Source of the DNA: a virus
Lineage: Duplodnaviria > Caudoviricetes
Reading direction: 5' to 3' (one strand)
Virus record (IMG/VR): IMGVR_UViG_3300019875_000001
Coordinates: 1-53,144 of that record
DNA length: 53,144 nucleotides
A model generated the notes under the pieces. That model saw only the letters and a list, made by a program, of their open reading frames with translations. It had not been told where the DNA came from and ran no database searches. The translations under genes were made by a program, and so were the position numbers. Position 1 is the first letter of the stretch; each line of letters opens with the position of its first letter. Shown piece by piece: positions 17,975-26,266 of the stretch.

Positions 17975-18259
17975 ATGCAGACAATCGAATTAGAGGTAGG
18001 TTACGGACATAAGAGCAAACATGAGCTTAAACAGTTCCGCAACCCTGTAGGCTTAGCCGAGATGATACGCCACTGTGATAGTAACTCTCACATCTGGTTT
18101 AAGTCTCTTGACGGCACAGCTAGGAGGGCCAAAGTGAACGGCAAGGTTCGCACGTGGAAGAGAGATCCAGGGCGAATAGAGATACCAGTCAAGTACGGAA
18201 TGTATGAGTACGGCGTATTCAGTGCTTCAGATATTGACCGTATCTTGATCGAGATTTAG
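17975..18259 (+). CDS. Hypothetical early protein
   Basis: GGAGG SD; ORF. Confidence 0.65.
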   Translation: MQTIELEVGYGHKSKHELKQFRNPVGLAEMIRHCDSNSHIWFKSLDGTARRAKVNGKVRTWKRDPGRIEIPVKYGMYEYGVFSASDIDRILIEI

Positions 18260-18307
18260 TTAACTACTAGGCTGGACTGAGAAGTCCAGCCAATGGAGGA
18301 TAACTTA

Positions 18308-18676
18308 ATGAAAGCATCATTCGACCCAGAGTATGCGTATCATCTGGGTTACCATGACGGGTTAGAAGACGGACACAAAGACCCTAAGAGGGATTTCACC
18401 ACAGCTAACAAAGACGCGCGTACTGTGGCCTACTTTGCAGGGCTGAAAGTGGGCATGGCCCAAGCTCAGAAAGAAGGGCTTGATATGAGGTGTCTAGTGC
18501 GGTGGGATAACCCAGGATTCGACACACCCCCGTGTGAGAGTAAGTCTCACTATCTGGCCTTTGCGTATGGGCATGTGATACCCCTTTGCATACGGCACGC
18601 ATTCAAGATATTCCTTGACACTGAGGGCAAGCCTGACGCTACCCAGTGGACAATTATCCCCAAGGATTGGATTTAG
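18308..18676 (+). CDS. Hypothetical early protein
   Basis: SD supplied by the upstream hairpin element. Confidence 0.6.
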   Translation: MKASFDPEYAYHLGYHDGLEDGHKDPKRDFTTANKDARTVAYFAGLKVGMAQAQKEGLDMRCLVRWDNPGFDTPPCESKSHYLAFAYGHVIPLCIRHAFKIFLDTEGKPDATQWTIIPKDWI

Positions 18677-18758
18677 GAGGTGTCAATGAAACTGTAAGAG
18701 CCGCTGAGGGCTAGCTAGTGGTTATGAACGCTCCCTAGTTAGCCCCATGAGGTAACTT

Positions 18759-19070
18759 ATGAATTTACCAAGTGTGAAGACGTTGGAGCCTATCACCCGA
18801 GATAGGGAAGCCGCTAAGAAAGTGCGGCGATTGTTGGAGGGTGTACGGCTAGGTCCAGTAACTACAGCCTTGATGAGGATTGATCAGGAAGACTTGATAC
18901 CACGGGGTTATGGGGTTGAGACTATACGCCGAGGTGAGGGCAAGAAGTCGCCGGGGATTCACTATATCAATCGGGGTGATCCGTATGTCTCAACTCTGAT
19001 GTATATCGAAGGGCTAGGGTTTAGGGTAGGGTGCTGGGGTGACATTGTGGAGCGGGGCAAGTACAAGTAA
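18759..19070 (+). CDS. Hypothetical early protein
   Basis: GAGGT SD; YINRGDPYVSTL...WGDIVE. Confidence 0.65.
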   Translation: MNLPSVKTLEPITRDREAAKKVRRLLEGVRLGPVTTALMRIDQEDLIPRGYGVETIRRGEGKKSPGIHYINRGDPYVSTLMYIEGLGFRVGCWGDIVERGKYK

Positions 19071-19106
19071 CTCACTAGGCTACGGTGAAAGCGTAGCCAA
19101 TGGGAG

Positions 19107-19295
19107 ATGCTTATGACTTTAGATGACGCAGTATGTGAGGCTCACAAAATTGCCAATAGCAGTGGGGTTAGTGTCCTGGTGTACAAGGCTACCCACAATG
19201 ATTTGGGTGAGTATGGCGTAGCCTACACTTTGCCCATGTGGGGTGAGAGGGTTGGAGACAGGATTTATCCTGGTGGAGATACTCATGAGCTTTGA
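19107..19295 (+). CDS. Hypothetical early protein
   Basis: ORF after a hairpin element. Confidence 0.5.
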   Translation: MLMTLDDAVCEAHKIANSSGVSVLVYKATHNDLGEYGVAYTLPMWGERVGDRIYPGGDTHEL

Positions 19296-19515
19296 CAAGA
19301 TTGCAGCGGTTTACGTGTGGTGCTCTGATAATCACAGTGGCCAGTGGTCACGAGGTTACCGGATCATGTCACGCATAGCCAAGATGAGAATCAATCTCAC
19401 TGATAATGCCTGGGAGGCTATACAGTGCGGCACAGGCCGAGGTAAAGATGAATGGGCTGAAGCTAGAGAGATGTATCTCAGGTTGAGTCTAATGAAGTTG
19501 AGACGGCCAGTTTAA
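19285..19515 (+). CDS. Hypothetical early protein
   Basis: GGAG SD; HSGQWSRGY motif. Confidence 0.55.
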   Translation: MSFDKIAAVYVWCSDNHSGQWSRGYRIMSRIAKMRINLTDNAWEAIQCGTGRGKDEWAEAREMYLRLSLMKLRRPV

Positions 19516-19691
19516 TCACTAGGCTAGGCTTGCGAGTCTAGCCAATGAGGTGAAACTATGGACAGGATAACGGTGATTATGACTGGTGACCCTCCCCCAG
19601 GCGAGTATGAAGAGTGGAAGAATGGGCAGTGGGTAGCCTGCAAGTAATCCGCTAGAAAGCGTAATTATTACGCTTTCGCTGAGGTTTGCTT

Positions 19692-19850
19692 ATGTTTGAA
19701 AGTTTGAAGGGAACAGTATTACCATTCGCTCTTGTGTTCGCTATTGTCATGTATCTGACTGTAGCCTTAACCGACAAGTTCATGAAGTGGCTGGATAGGC
19801 GCAAGTGGAACAGGATCTTGCGTACCATTGATTGGCCTAAAGAGAACTAA
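19692..19850 (+). CDS. Small membrane protein
   Basis: GAGG SD; one hydrophobic helix. Confidence 0.45.
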   Translation: MFESLKGTVLPFALVFAIVMYLTVALTDKFMKWLDRRKWNRILRTIDWPKEN

Positions 19851-20069
19851 ATGGTATACAGCTATATCATTTCCTATTCAAAGGGCACAGGTTTTGCCTT
19901 TGACGGTATACAGCTGGATAGGTACGTAACCCAGCTGCTAGTAACTGGGATTCCAGCTGAGGAGATAGAGATCAAGGTAAATACAGCAAACACATCTAGA
20001 AAGTAACTCACTAGGTCTAGCCGTGAGGTTAGACCAATGGGGGCTACTGCCCACCAGGAGATTAAACGT

Positions 20070-20321
20070 ATGGCTGATATGACATTCGCAGATTTGAAGA
20101 AAGAGTATGCCCGTATACAGGCCGAGAATGCTTCCTTGAAAGCACGCTCACAACGGGCTATAACCATGAAGGTGAGTGAGAAGGGAGGGCTGTCCCTGTA
20201 TGGTCTGGGCAGGTTCCCAGTCACGCTCTACCATGAGCAGTGGACTAAGCTGCTAGCCATGGCAGAGGATATCAAGTCCTTCATCGAAGAGAACAAGGAC
20301 TCGCTCAAGTCCAAGGAGTAA
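20070..20321 (+). CDS. Conserved hypothetical protein
   Basis: KVSEKGGLSLYGLGRFPVTLY..QW, recalled as a recurrent small-protein family; AGGAG SD. Confidence 0.7.
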   Translation: MADMTFADLKKEYARIQAENASLKARSQRAITMKVSEKGGLSLYGLGRFPVTLYHEQWTKLLAMAEDIKSFIEENKDSLKSKE

Positions 20322-20323
20322 TC

Positions 20324-20569
20324 ATGGAGGACTTAGAGAAGCAACTCAAGGCATCTCTGGGTAAGCTGCTGGCTCCTCTCCGTAAAGAGCATGATAAGGC
20401 TGTGAGGCTACATGCTGAGCATAAGCTCAAGGCTGAACAGTATTACGCCCAGTCAAGATCCATCGGGGCTAAGATCCGGGAGATTGAAAAGGCTGTAGGT
20501 ATCAAGACTTGGACTCAGCGTAAGATGGCTAAATTTGAGGAGCGGAGCGACGTTACCCCGAAGGGGTGA
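20324..20569 (+). CDS. Hypothetical coiled-coil protein
   Basis: AGGAG SD; coupled to the upstream gene. Confidence 0.55.
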   Translation: MEDLEKQLKASLGKLLAPLRKEHDKAVRLHAEHKLKAEQYYAQSRSIGAKIREIEKAVGIKTWTQRKMAKFEERSDVTPKG

Positions 20570-20657
20570 CGGAGCGGGTCCAGAGTCACAGGCTAGAGGG
20601 TGCTGAGAAGTGCCCTCAATGACTGTAATTATTACGGTCAGAACGAATGGAGAGTGT

Positions 20658-21839
20658 ATGAATAAACGACAGACGGCACGAGTAAACCTTGTGACGGCCA
20701 GCAGAGAATGGGCTTCACGCCCAGCAGACCAGCGATTCTGGACCCTGAGAGAGTTATTCGACAGGTCCAAGAAGTATGCAGAGGAGAGCTATATCCACAA
20801 GGTAGAGCTATCCGGTACCACTGCTGTAGCTCAAGGTGGTGATCTGGTCCTAGACATTGGGACATCAGATCCCGCGACATTCCAGCATTACAGCTTCGGA
20901 CAGCTTTGCAACATTGCCGGGGCTCCTGCTGGATATCTGCGAGGGTTACCAGCTGGATTGGCTGCTGAGAATCTCAATCACGGCCTATCCCACACTGACG
21001 GCGAACAGGTTCTCATGCTTCACAAGAATGGGGATCATGTGCTGAGGTGTGTAACCTCTAACGAGTACAGCCGAATCTGGAACTATGAAGTTGCAGAGAT
21101 GGCATTGGCTCTTGAGGAGGGTGAAGGCTGGATGACACCGCCAGCAAGACCCTGTGGCATCCAGGGGATTCCATCTCGCCGCGCAACCGCTGATGATGTA
21201 CTCCGCAAGAGTGCTCATCCAACTCTGGGTATCGAGATTGGTGATGAGATCTCACCGGCTGGGCTGTACGCTTCGGATCATGATTGCTTTATCTTCCAAG
21301 TCAATGAGGATCACCCGATTGACGCGGGAGGTGGAGAGATGCTCTACCGTGGCGTGTTTTGGAAGAACTCTGAGGTTGGTGATGCGCGATTCACTGGGAC
21401 TATGTTCCTCTATGACACGATATGCGGTAATCATATCGTCTGGGGGGCTAAGATCATTGCAGAGATCAGCATACCTCACCGGGGCAATGCTAAAGAGATC
21501 TTCCGTGAGGCCATGGCGATAGCAACTCATAACGCTTTAGCACCGGCAAGTGAGGATGAGAATCGTATTCAAAAGGCCAAGATGTATGAGATCGGCCCAG
21601 GTCAGCCTGAAGTAATCAAGGCTGTGTTTACCAAATTCTCCGGTTACATCAGCAAGCGTGAGTGTGAAGACGCTTACGTCATGGCCACTCGCCACGCTGA
21701 GGATCACAACACTGAGCCCAACACGGCATGGGGTTATGCCTCTGGGATCACTCGCTTATCACAGGGTCAGCACGCGGACAGCAGAGATAGGCTGGACCGT
21801 GTAGCTGGTCGGGTTTTGGAGATGGCTCTAGTTCGCTGA
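20658..21839 (+). CDS. DUF932-family protein
   Basis: W.SRP.D.RF..L, SFGQLC..AGAP.GY, LYASD.D.FIF.V, RG.F..NSEVG, C.NHIVWG. Confidence 0.8.
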   Translation: MNKRQTARVNLVTASREWASRPADQRFWTLRELFDRSKKYAEESYIHKVELSGTTAVAQGGDLVLDIGTSDPATFQHYSFGQLCNIAGAPAGYLRGLPAGLAAENLNHGLSHTDGEQVLMLHKNGDHVLRCVTSNEYSRIWNYEVAEMALALEEGEGWMTPPARPCGIQGIPSRRATADDVLRKSAHPTLGIEIGDEISPAGLYASDHDCFIFQVNEDHPIDAGGGEMLYRGVFWKNSEVGDARFTGTMFLYDTICGNHIVWGAKIIAEISIPHRGNAKEIFREAMAIATHNALAPASEDENRIQKAKMYEIGPGQPEVIKAVFTKFSGYISKRECEDAYVMATRHAEDHNTEPNTAWGYASGITRLSQGQHADSRDRLDRVAGRVLEMALVR

Positions 21840-21894
21840 GCCACTTCATCAGGGCATCCTGGGGAGGGTGTCCGAATGGAGTAAGGAGGTAGTC

Positions 21895-22092
21895 ATGCGA
21901 GATAAAGAGAATAGTGTTCCTTTGAGTGCGGCTGAGTTCATCAAAGTGATAGATGAGCTTACTCTACCTGGAGCGTATCCCAAGGTGCGAGAGATTGCCA
22001 CGGTGTTACGGACTGCTAAAGACGGCAGACTAACCCAGAATGCAGTTTACAAAAAGCTGGGCCTCATTACAGGGGAGAGAAAAAAGCCGTGA
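21895..22092 (+). CDS. Stand-alone paralog of the ParB-like protein C-terminal domain
   Basis: AAGGAGGT SD; 19/56 ungapped identities to the C-terminus of 23195..24496. Confidence 0.75.
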   Translation: MRDKENSVPLSAAEFIKVIDELTLPGAYPKVREIATVLRTAKDGRLTQNAVYKKLGLITGERKKP

Positions 22093-22261
22093 TCAAGGGG
22101 TGCCCTAATGGAGGAAGCATGGGATTTACAGACCTAGTGAGGAATCAGGTTATCCCTGCTGTGAGAAACCTGTACCTCAGATCTATAGCAGAGAGTAACC
22201 CAAAACAGGCACGTAGACATGGGGATCTATACAGTGCTCTGCTGAAATGGCTGGAGGATAG

Positions 22262-22438
22262 ATGATCAAGGTAGCTGGATTGCTGTATTTGACTGGGTTT
22301 ATCACCCTGTTGATACCCAGCTTATTCAACTGGCTCAACGAGTCTCACCCGCTCAATCTGCTGGTGTTTTGGTTGGTGGTGGTGATACTTGTTATCGCCA
22401 CAGTCATGATCATGTTAGTGGGGAGGCCAAGACGATGA
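22262..22438 (+). CDS. Small two-helix membrane protein
   Basis: GGAGG SD; two hydrophobic stretches. Confidence 0.45.
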   Translation: MIKVAGLLYLTGFITLLIPSLFNWLNESHPLNLLVFWLVVVILVIATVMIMLVGRPRR

Positions 22439-22599
22439 AGTGCAAGTGTGGGCATACGCTCGGGGATCATATCATTGAGGACGACTATTCGGCATGTGTG
22501 GGTGACATACCTAACGGTGCCTTGTACGTCACATCCTATACCGCAACCTGTGACTGTAAGCGATTCGCGCTAAAGGAAGAGCCTGTATTAGTTCAGTGA
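22435..22599 (+). CDS. Small Cys/His protein
   Basis: ATGA overlap; CKCGH...H...C...CDCKRF. Confidence 0.5.
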   Translation: MKCKCGHTLGDHIIEDDYSACVGDIPNGALYVTSYTATCDCKRFALKEEPVLVQ

Positions 22600-22917
22600 G
22601 GCTTGAGTCAAACTGTAATAATTACACTTTGGCTCTGGCACCGCTCAGGTATCAATACACTATACCTTAAGTGGCTTGGCTTTACGCGTTCAAGGAACGC
22701 TCTAAAACCATTATACCAAGCTGTGTCAAGCTTTGTCTAGGGGGAATATGCACAATTTACAAATCTTTACAAAGGGGGTACGCTATGGCAGTGTGGCTAG
22801 TGTCTATACGGCGTGAGGGCTATGAGGCTCTGCCTTTTACAGGCTCTGAGCTTAAAGAGGCTCTGACGTTCAATGCTGAGAACGGTAGTATACTCATCCA
22901 GGTAGAAGGGAGTCAGT

Positions 22918-23052
22918 ATGAAGTTCTTGGAATCATACGCAAATACACTCTCTAGGCTGTGGTGCCGCATGTTTCACCGGCATATCACAAGAGCGGTCAA
23001 CGGGCACTACACTTGCTTGTCCTGCTTCAGGCGCTATCCCTGCAACTTCTGA
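22918..23052 (+). CDS. Small Cys/His protein
   Basis: GGAG SD; LWCRMFH.HI...VNGHYTCLSCFRRY. Confidence 0.5.
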   Translation: MKFLESYANTLSRLWCRMFHRHITRAVNGHYTCLSCFRRYPCNF

Positions 23053-23118
23053 CATTCAGACACAGGCGTAATAATTACACTTTTTGCTAAAGTGTTGATA
23101 ACGCTCTGTCGATTTCTG

Positions 23119-23147
23119 TTGACTCCAGGTCACCATGCGGCTAGACT
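23119..23147 (+). promoter_or_regulatory. Sigma70-like promoter of the ParB-like gene
   Basis: TTGACT-17 nt-TAGACT. Confidence 0.65.
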
Positions 23148-23194
23148 GGTTTCAACGGCAACAAACTAGCCGATCAAAGAGAGGAAAAAAGAGA

Positions 23195-24496
23195 ATGACA
23201 CCTGGATTGAACGATACGATCATGCTTACCCCAGCTAACCTGCTGGTCACCAAGAATACCCGCTTCGGGCTGTTGCCCGTGAAGGTGAAAGATCTGGCAG
23301 AACAGATCAAAGACGCCGGGCAGGTTAACACCTACCTGACGGTTGAAGAACTGGCAGAGCCGGGTCCTAGTGGAGAGACTCACTGGTTACGCGAGGGCCA
23401 TTACCGTAAGGCAGCTGTCGAACTGCTGGCCAAAGAAGGGTTGGAGATTCCTCTACCCTGCACGGTCGTGGAACCTCTGGAGGGTGTAAGCCGCACCAAG
23501 CACCAGATCTCGGAGAACTGGCACCGCACCGATTTGACGCCCATGGACATGGCCGTTGCAATCGATGAACTGCTCCACCCTGTGGACGGTAGCGAGGGCA
23601 TGAAGAAAAAGCGGGTGTGCGAACTCTTCTCCCGCGCTGGTGGTCGTAAGGGTCTGGCCATGGCCCCGTTGAGTAACTCAATGCTCAACATCTACCTCAG
23701 CTTCCTCCTGTTCCCCAAAAAGATTCAGCAACTCATCCACGAGGGCAAGATCGGGGTCCTCAAGGCTCACTTCCTCAGCAAGAAGGACAAGAGCGAATGG
23801 GATGTGGAACTGAAAAAGGCAGAGGATGCGCGTGAGGCTGAGATCAAGCAGTTTGAGGACTTGGAAGCTTCCTTTGTCGCCGACGAGTTGAAGGCGGTAG
23901 AGGACGACAAGAAAGCCAAAGAAGCCGCTGAGGCTCTCATCAATGCGGAGAAGATTGCAGCTGACGCTAAGGCCACTGCCGCCGACAAGCTGAATGCTGC
24001 CGCTGATGCCCTTAAAGCTGCTGGTGCCGTACCCGCCGCTGACAAGGAAAAGAAGAAAGTGGCTCAGGAGCAGTTCAAGGCTCGTGAAGCTGAGGCCAAG
24101 CAGGCTGAGAAGGAAGCCACTGAGAAGCAAGCCGCTGCCGACAAGCTCAAGCAGAAAGCAGAGAAGAACTTGCTGCTGGCTAAAGAGCGGGCTGAGAAGC
24201 TGGACAAGGCTCGCAAGGATGCCCAGGCCAAGCTTGCTGGTAAGAAGCTGGATATCGGCGGGGCTGAACCCTCTGCCCCTGGTGATGGTAAGGTCAAGCT
24301 CAAGGGGCCTGAGATCATCAAGCTTGCGGAACAGATGGCTCTTGCCGGGTCCTTCCCCAAGGTCGAAAAGATCTTCAAGGCCTTCCTCCGCTGCATTAAC
24401 TCGGAGATCACTGATGCTCAACTCACCAGCGAATGCGGTTGGATCACGGGAGAGCGTAAGGACCGCCCGAAGCACCTTCCTAAAGAAGTCAAATAG
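23195..24496 (+). CDS. ParB/Srx-family protein with HTH region, long K/A/E coiled coil and C-terminal domain
   Basis: LAEQIKDAGQV..L.V, EGHYRKAA (GxxR-like), SENWHRTDLTPMD, PKKIQQLIHEGKI. Confidence 0.8.
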   Translation: MTPGLNDTIMLTPANLLVTKNTRFGLLPVKVKDLAEQIKDAGQVNTYLTVEELAEPGPSGETHWLREGHYRKAAVELLAKEGLEIPLPCTVVEPLEGVSRTKHQISENWHRTDLTPMDMAVAIDELLHPVDGSEGMKKKRVCELFSRAGGRKGLAMAPLSNSMLNIYLSFLLFPKKIQQLIHEGKIGVLKAHFLSKKDKSEWDVELKKAEDAREAEIKQFEDLEASFVADELKAVEDDKKAKEAAEALINAEKIAADAKATAADKLNAAADALKAAGAVPAADKEKKKVAQEQFKAREAEAKQAEKEATEKQAAADKLKQKAEKNLLLAKERAEKLDKARKDAQAKLAGKKLDIGGAEPSAPGDGKVKLKGPEIIKLAEQMALAGSFPKVEKIFKAFLRCINSEITDAQLTSECGWITGERKDRPKHLPKEVK

Positions 24497-24921
24497 ACTT
24501 CCTCTACAGGGGGCTCTTGCGAGAGTCCCCGATAGGGTTAACGCTTTTGAGGGATTAGACACCCCTCCCTCTACGCCCAGACTGGTAGGTGTGTGGCTCT
24601 TTCTCTGGGAGGCCGCACAGGCGTTAACCCGTAATTATTACACTTGGTGGTCTGCCCCATAGCCGTAAGGATGGGGCTAGGCTGAAAATCAGCTGTAACG
24701 AGGACGCCCAGCGACTTTCACGCTGCAAGCGTAAAGCCTTACAGCGGGCCACCCGAATTTAAATGGAGGGATCATGCTTAACATTGCTGTGGCCGTGCTG
24801 ATGACTCTTGCTTTCTTGGGGACGCTGTACGATCTGCTAAAGCCTTGGCGGGATAAGAGGTTTGAGGCACGCTGGAAACGAAAGAGGGGGCTCTGAGGGG
24901 AGGGGGCTCTAAGCCCCCATC

Positions 24922-25140
24922 CTACCGTGGTCCTAGTCCTCCCTTCCTCTTCCCAGCCAGCTTCACATGCTCATCCAAGTCGGTTAACAGGGTGTCCAAT
25001 AGATCCACACTGCGCCTGACCCTCTTACGGATGAAGTTCCTTTCCAGTTGACCCCCAACATTCATGAAGTGCCGTTTAACTCTGGGGTCTACTGCGTCTA
25101 TCTCAGCTTTCGTTAGTGGTTTCATTTTCCTCTCCTTCAA
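24922..25140 (-). CDS. Hypothetical basic protein
   Basis: Last ORF of the leftward block; start may be 25125. Confidence 0.5.
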   Translation of the reverse strand: MKERKMKPLTKAEIDAVDPRVKRHFMNVGGQLERNFIRKRVRRSVDLLDTLLTDLDEHVKLAGKRKGGLGPR

Positions 25141-25167
25141 GTGTAATTATTACGGTTATCTTGACAC

Positions 25168-25196
25168 AAAAAAGCGGGAGGCACTGAGCCCCCCGC
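25168..25196 (-). terminator. Intrinsic terminator
   Basis: GCGGGGGGC...GCCTCCCGC followed by T6. Confidence 0.65.
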
Positions 25197-25217
25197 ATAA
25201 GTGTTAGGGAAGGTTAT

Positions 25218-26225
25218 CTATTCGGCCACGAACAAGCAGTCCAGATGCACGATGGGGATTGTTAGCCACCTGTTCTGCATGTCTCTGTAGTCGGTAAACG
25301 GGAAGCCGTTCTGGGGGTTAAACTTCCCGAATCTGCACCCGCTTCCAATTACGGATGCCTTGAATGCCAGCCACACATCCAGGGCCTCTTGAGTAGTTCC
25401 TCCTACTCTTTGTGCCACTGTTGTAGCGGGGTTTTCAATGTCCCACCCAAAACCGTACTGGTGAGTCTCCGAGGTAGACAGAACACCCCACGAGGGTAAG
25501 GCGTAGCCTAATCCCCCTTCAGCGAAACGGTTGTCACCCCACCCTCCGTTAGGCAGTGTTCCTGTCATTACGCGCGGAATGATGCCGTGCGAGTTTCCTG
25601 CATATATGGCGAAATTGTACATCATGACTTTTATCATGTGTACAGATACGGCCTTGCCATACCTGGAGTATCCAGGCTGACCATTTTGGTCCCAGTGTCT
25701 GGTATCCACGGGAGAGTCTAACGGCCCCGTATAAGCGTTTGCTGTCAGTGGGACGAAAGGATGGGGGTTGCCGCTGTAGTCATAATCCGACACCTTGAGC
25801 CGATTGAACCATGTAACGGTGGGCAGATTGTCGGTGATGTGGCTACCCTGCATTGTGGTGTCAATGATCCCGCTGAAGTTTGCATTCCTGTATGCGAAGT
25901 CTGGCGTACATGCTTCTGTGCCAGCTGCATTTAGAACCGTGGTCATTGTGATAGGGCTTTGGTACGAGCCAACAGGCCGCGCCACCGAATCAAAGAACTG
26001 GTGAGTGTGCCAGTCCGTTCCAGCACGCATCTGGGTGTATACATCAATTTGTTTCCCAGGCAGTGGGGTTTGAGTGAAAGGTGGTGTTAGTGAACGTCGT
26101 GCGGCGCAGTACGAGTGATACATAGTCTTCCACGGCAGCACGTTCTCGCCTTCGGTAGGTTCTTGAGCCATTGCCGAGAACAGGCAGAGTAGAAAGCAGA
26201 TAAGTAGAAGTGTTGAGGTTTTCAT
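25218..26225 (-). CDS. Exported protein
   Basis: MKTSTLLLICFLLCLFSAMA-QE signal peptide. Confidence 0.7.
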   Translation of the reverse strand: MKTSTLLLICFLLCLFSAMAQEPTEGENVLPWKTMYHSYCAARRSLTPPFTQTPLPGKQIDVYTQMRAGTDWHTHQFFDSVARPVGSYQSPITMTTVLNAAGTEACTPDFAYRNANFSGIIDTTMQGSHITDNLPTVTWFNRLKVSDYDYSGNPHPFVPLTANAYTGPLDSPVDTRHWDQNGQPGYSRYGKAVSVHMIKVMMYNFAIYAGNSHGIIPRVMTGTLPNGGWGDNRFAEGGLGYALPSWGVLSTSETHQYGFGWDIENPATTVAQRVGGTTQEALDVWLAFKASVIGSGCRFGKFNPQNGFPFTDYRDMQNRWLTIPIVHLDCLFVAE

Positions 26226-26266
26226 GGTTGTCGTTTTCCTTTCTTGTGTAATTATTACGGTTTGCA

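Larger units (their letters stand above)
18264..21882 (+). repeat. Recurring intergenic RNA hairpin element (C-TA-[9-bp stem, tetraloop]-AAT-G, then SD)
   Basis: Copies at 18264-18298, 19071-19106, 19516-19550, 20007-20043, 20593-20621; variants at 18701-18752, 19648-19684, 21843-21882. Confidence 0.75.

Noticed and set aside
18264-21882. CRISPR array or attC-like cassettes from the repeated hairpins
   Set aside because: Units differ in sequence and are separated by whole genes; no cas or integron integrase gene; G-U pairs and GNRA loops point to RNA structure
18264-21882. Hairpins as intrinsic terminators
   Set aside because: They are followed by AATG and an SD, not a U-tract
23678-24662. 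294-aa minus-strand and 222-aa alternative-frame ORFs
   Set aside because: Shadows of the low-complexity coiled-coil region of the ParB-like gene
24646-24753. tRNA gene
   Set aside because: Branched, but lacks the TTC T-loop, D-loop consensus and CCA placement
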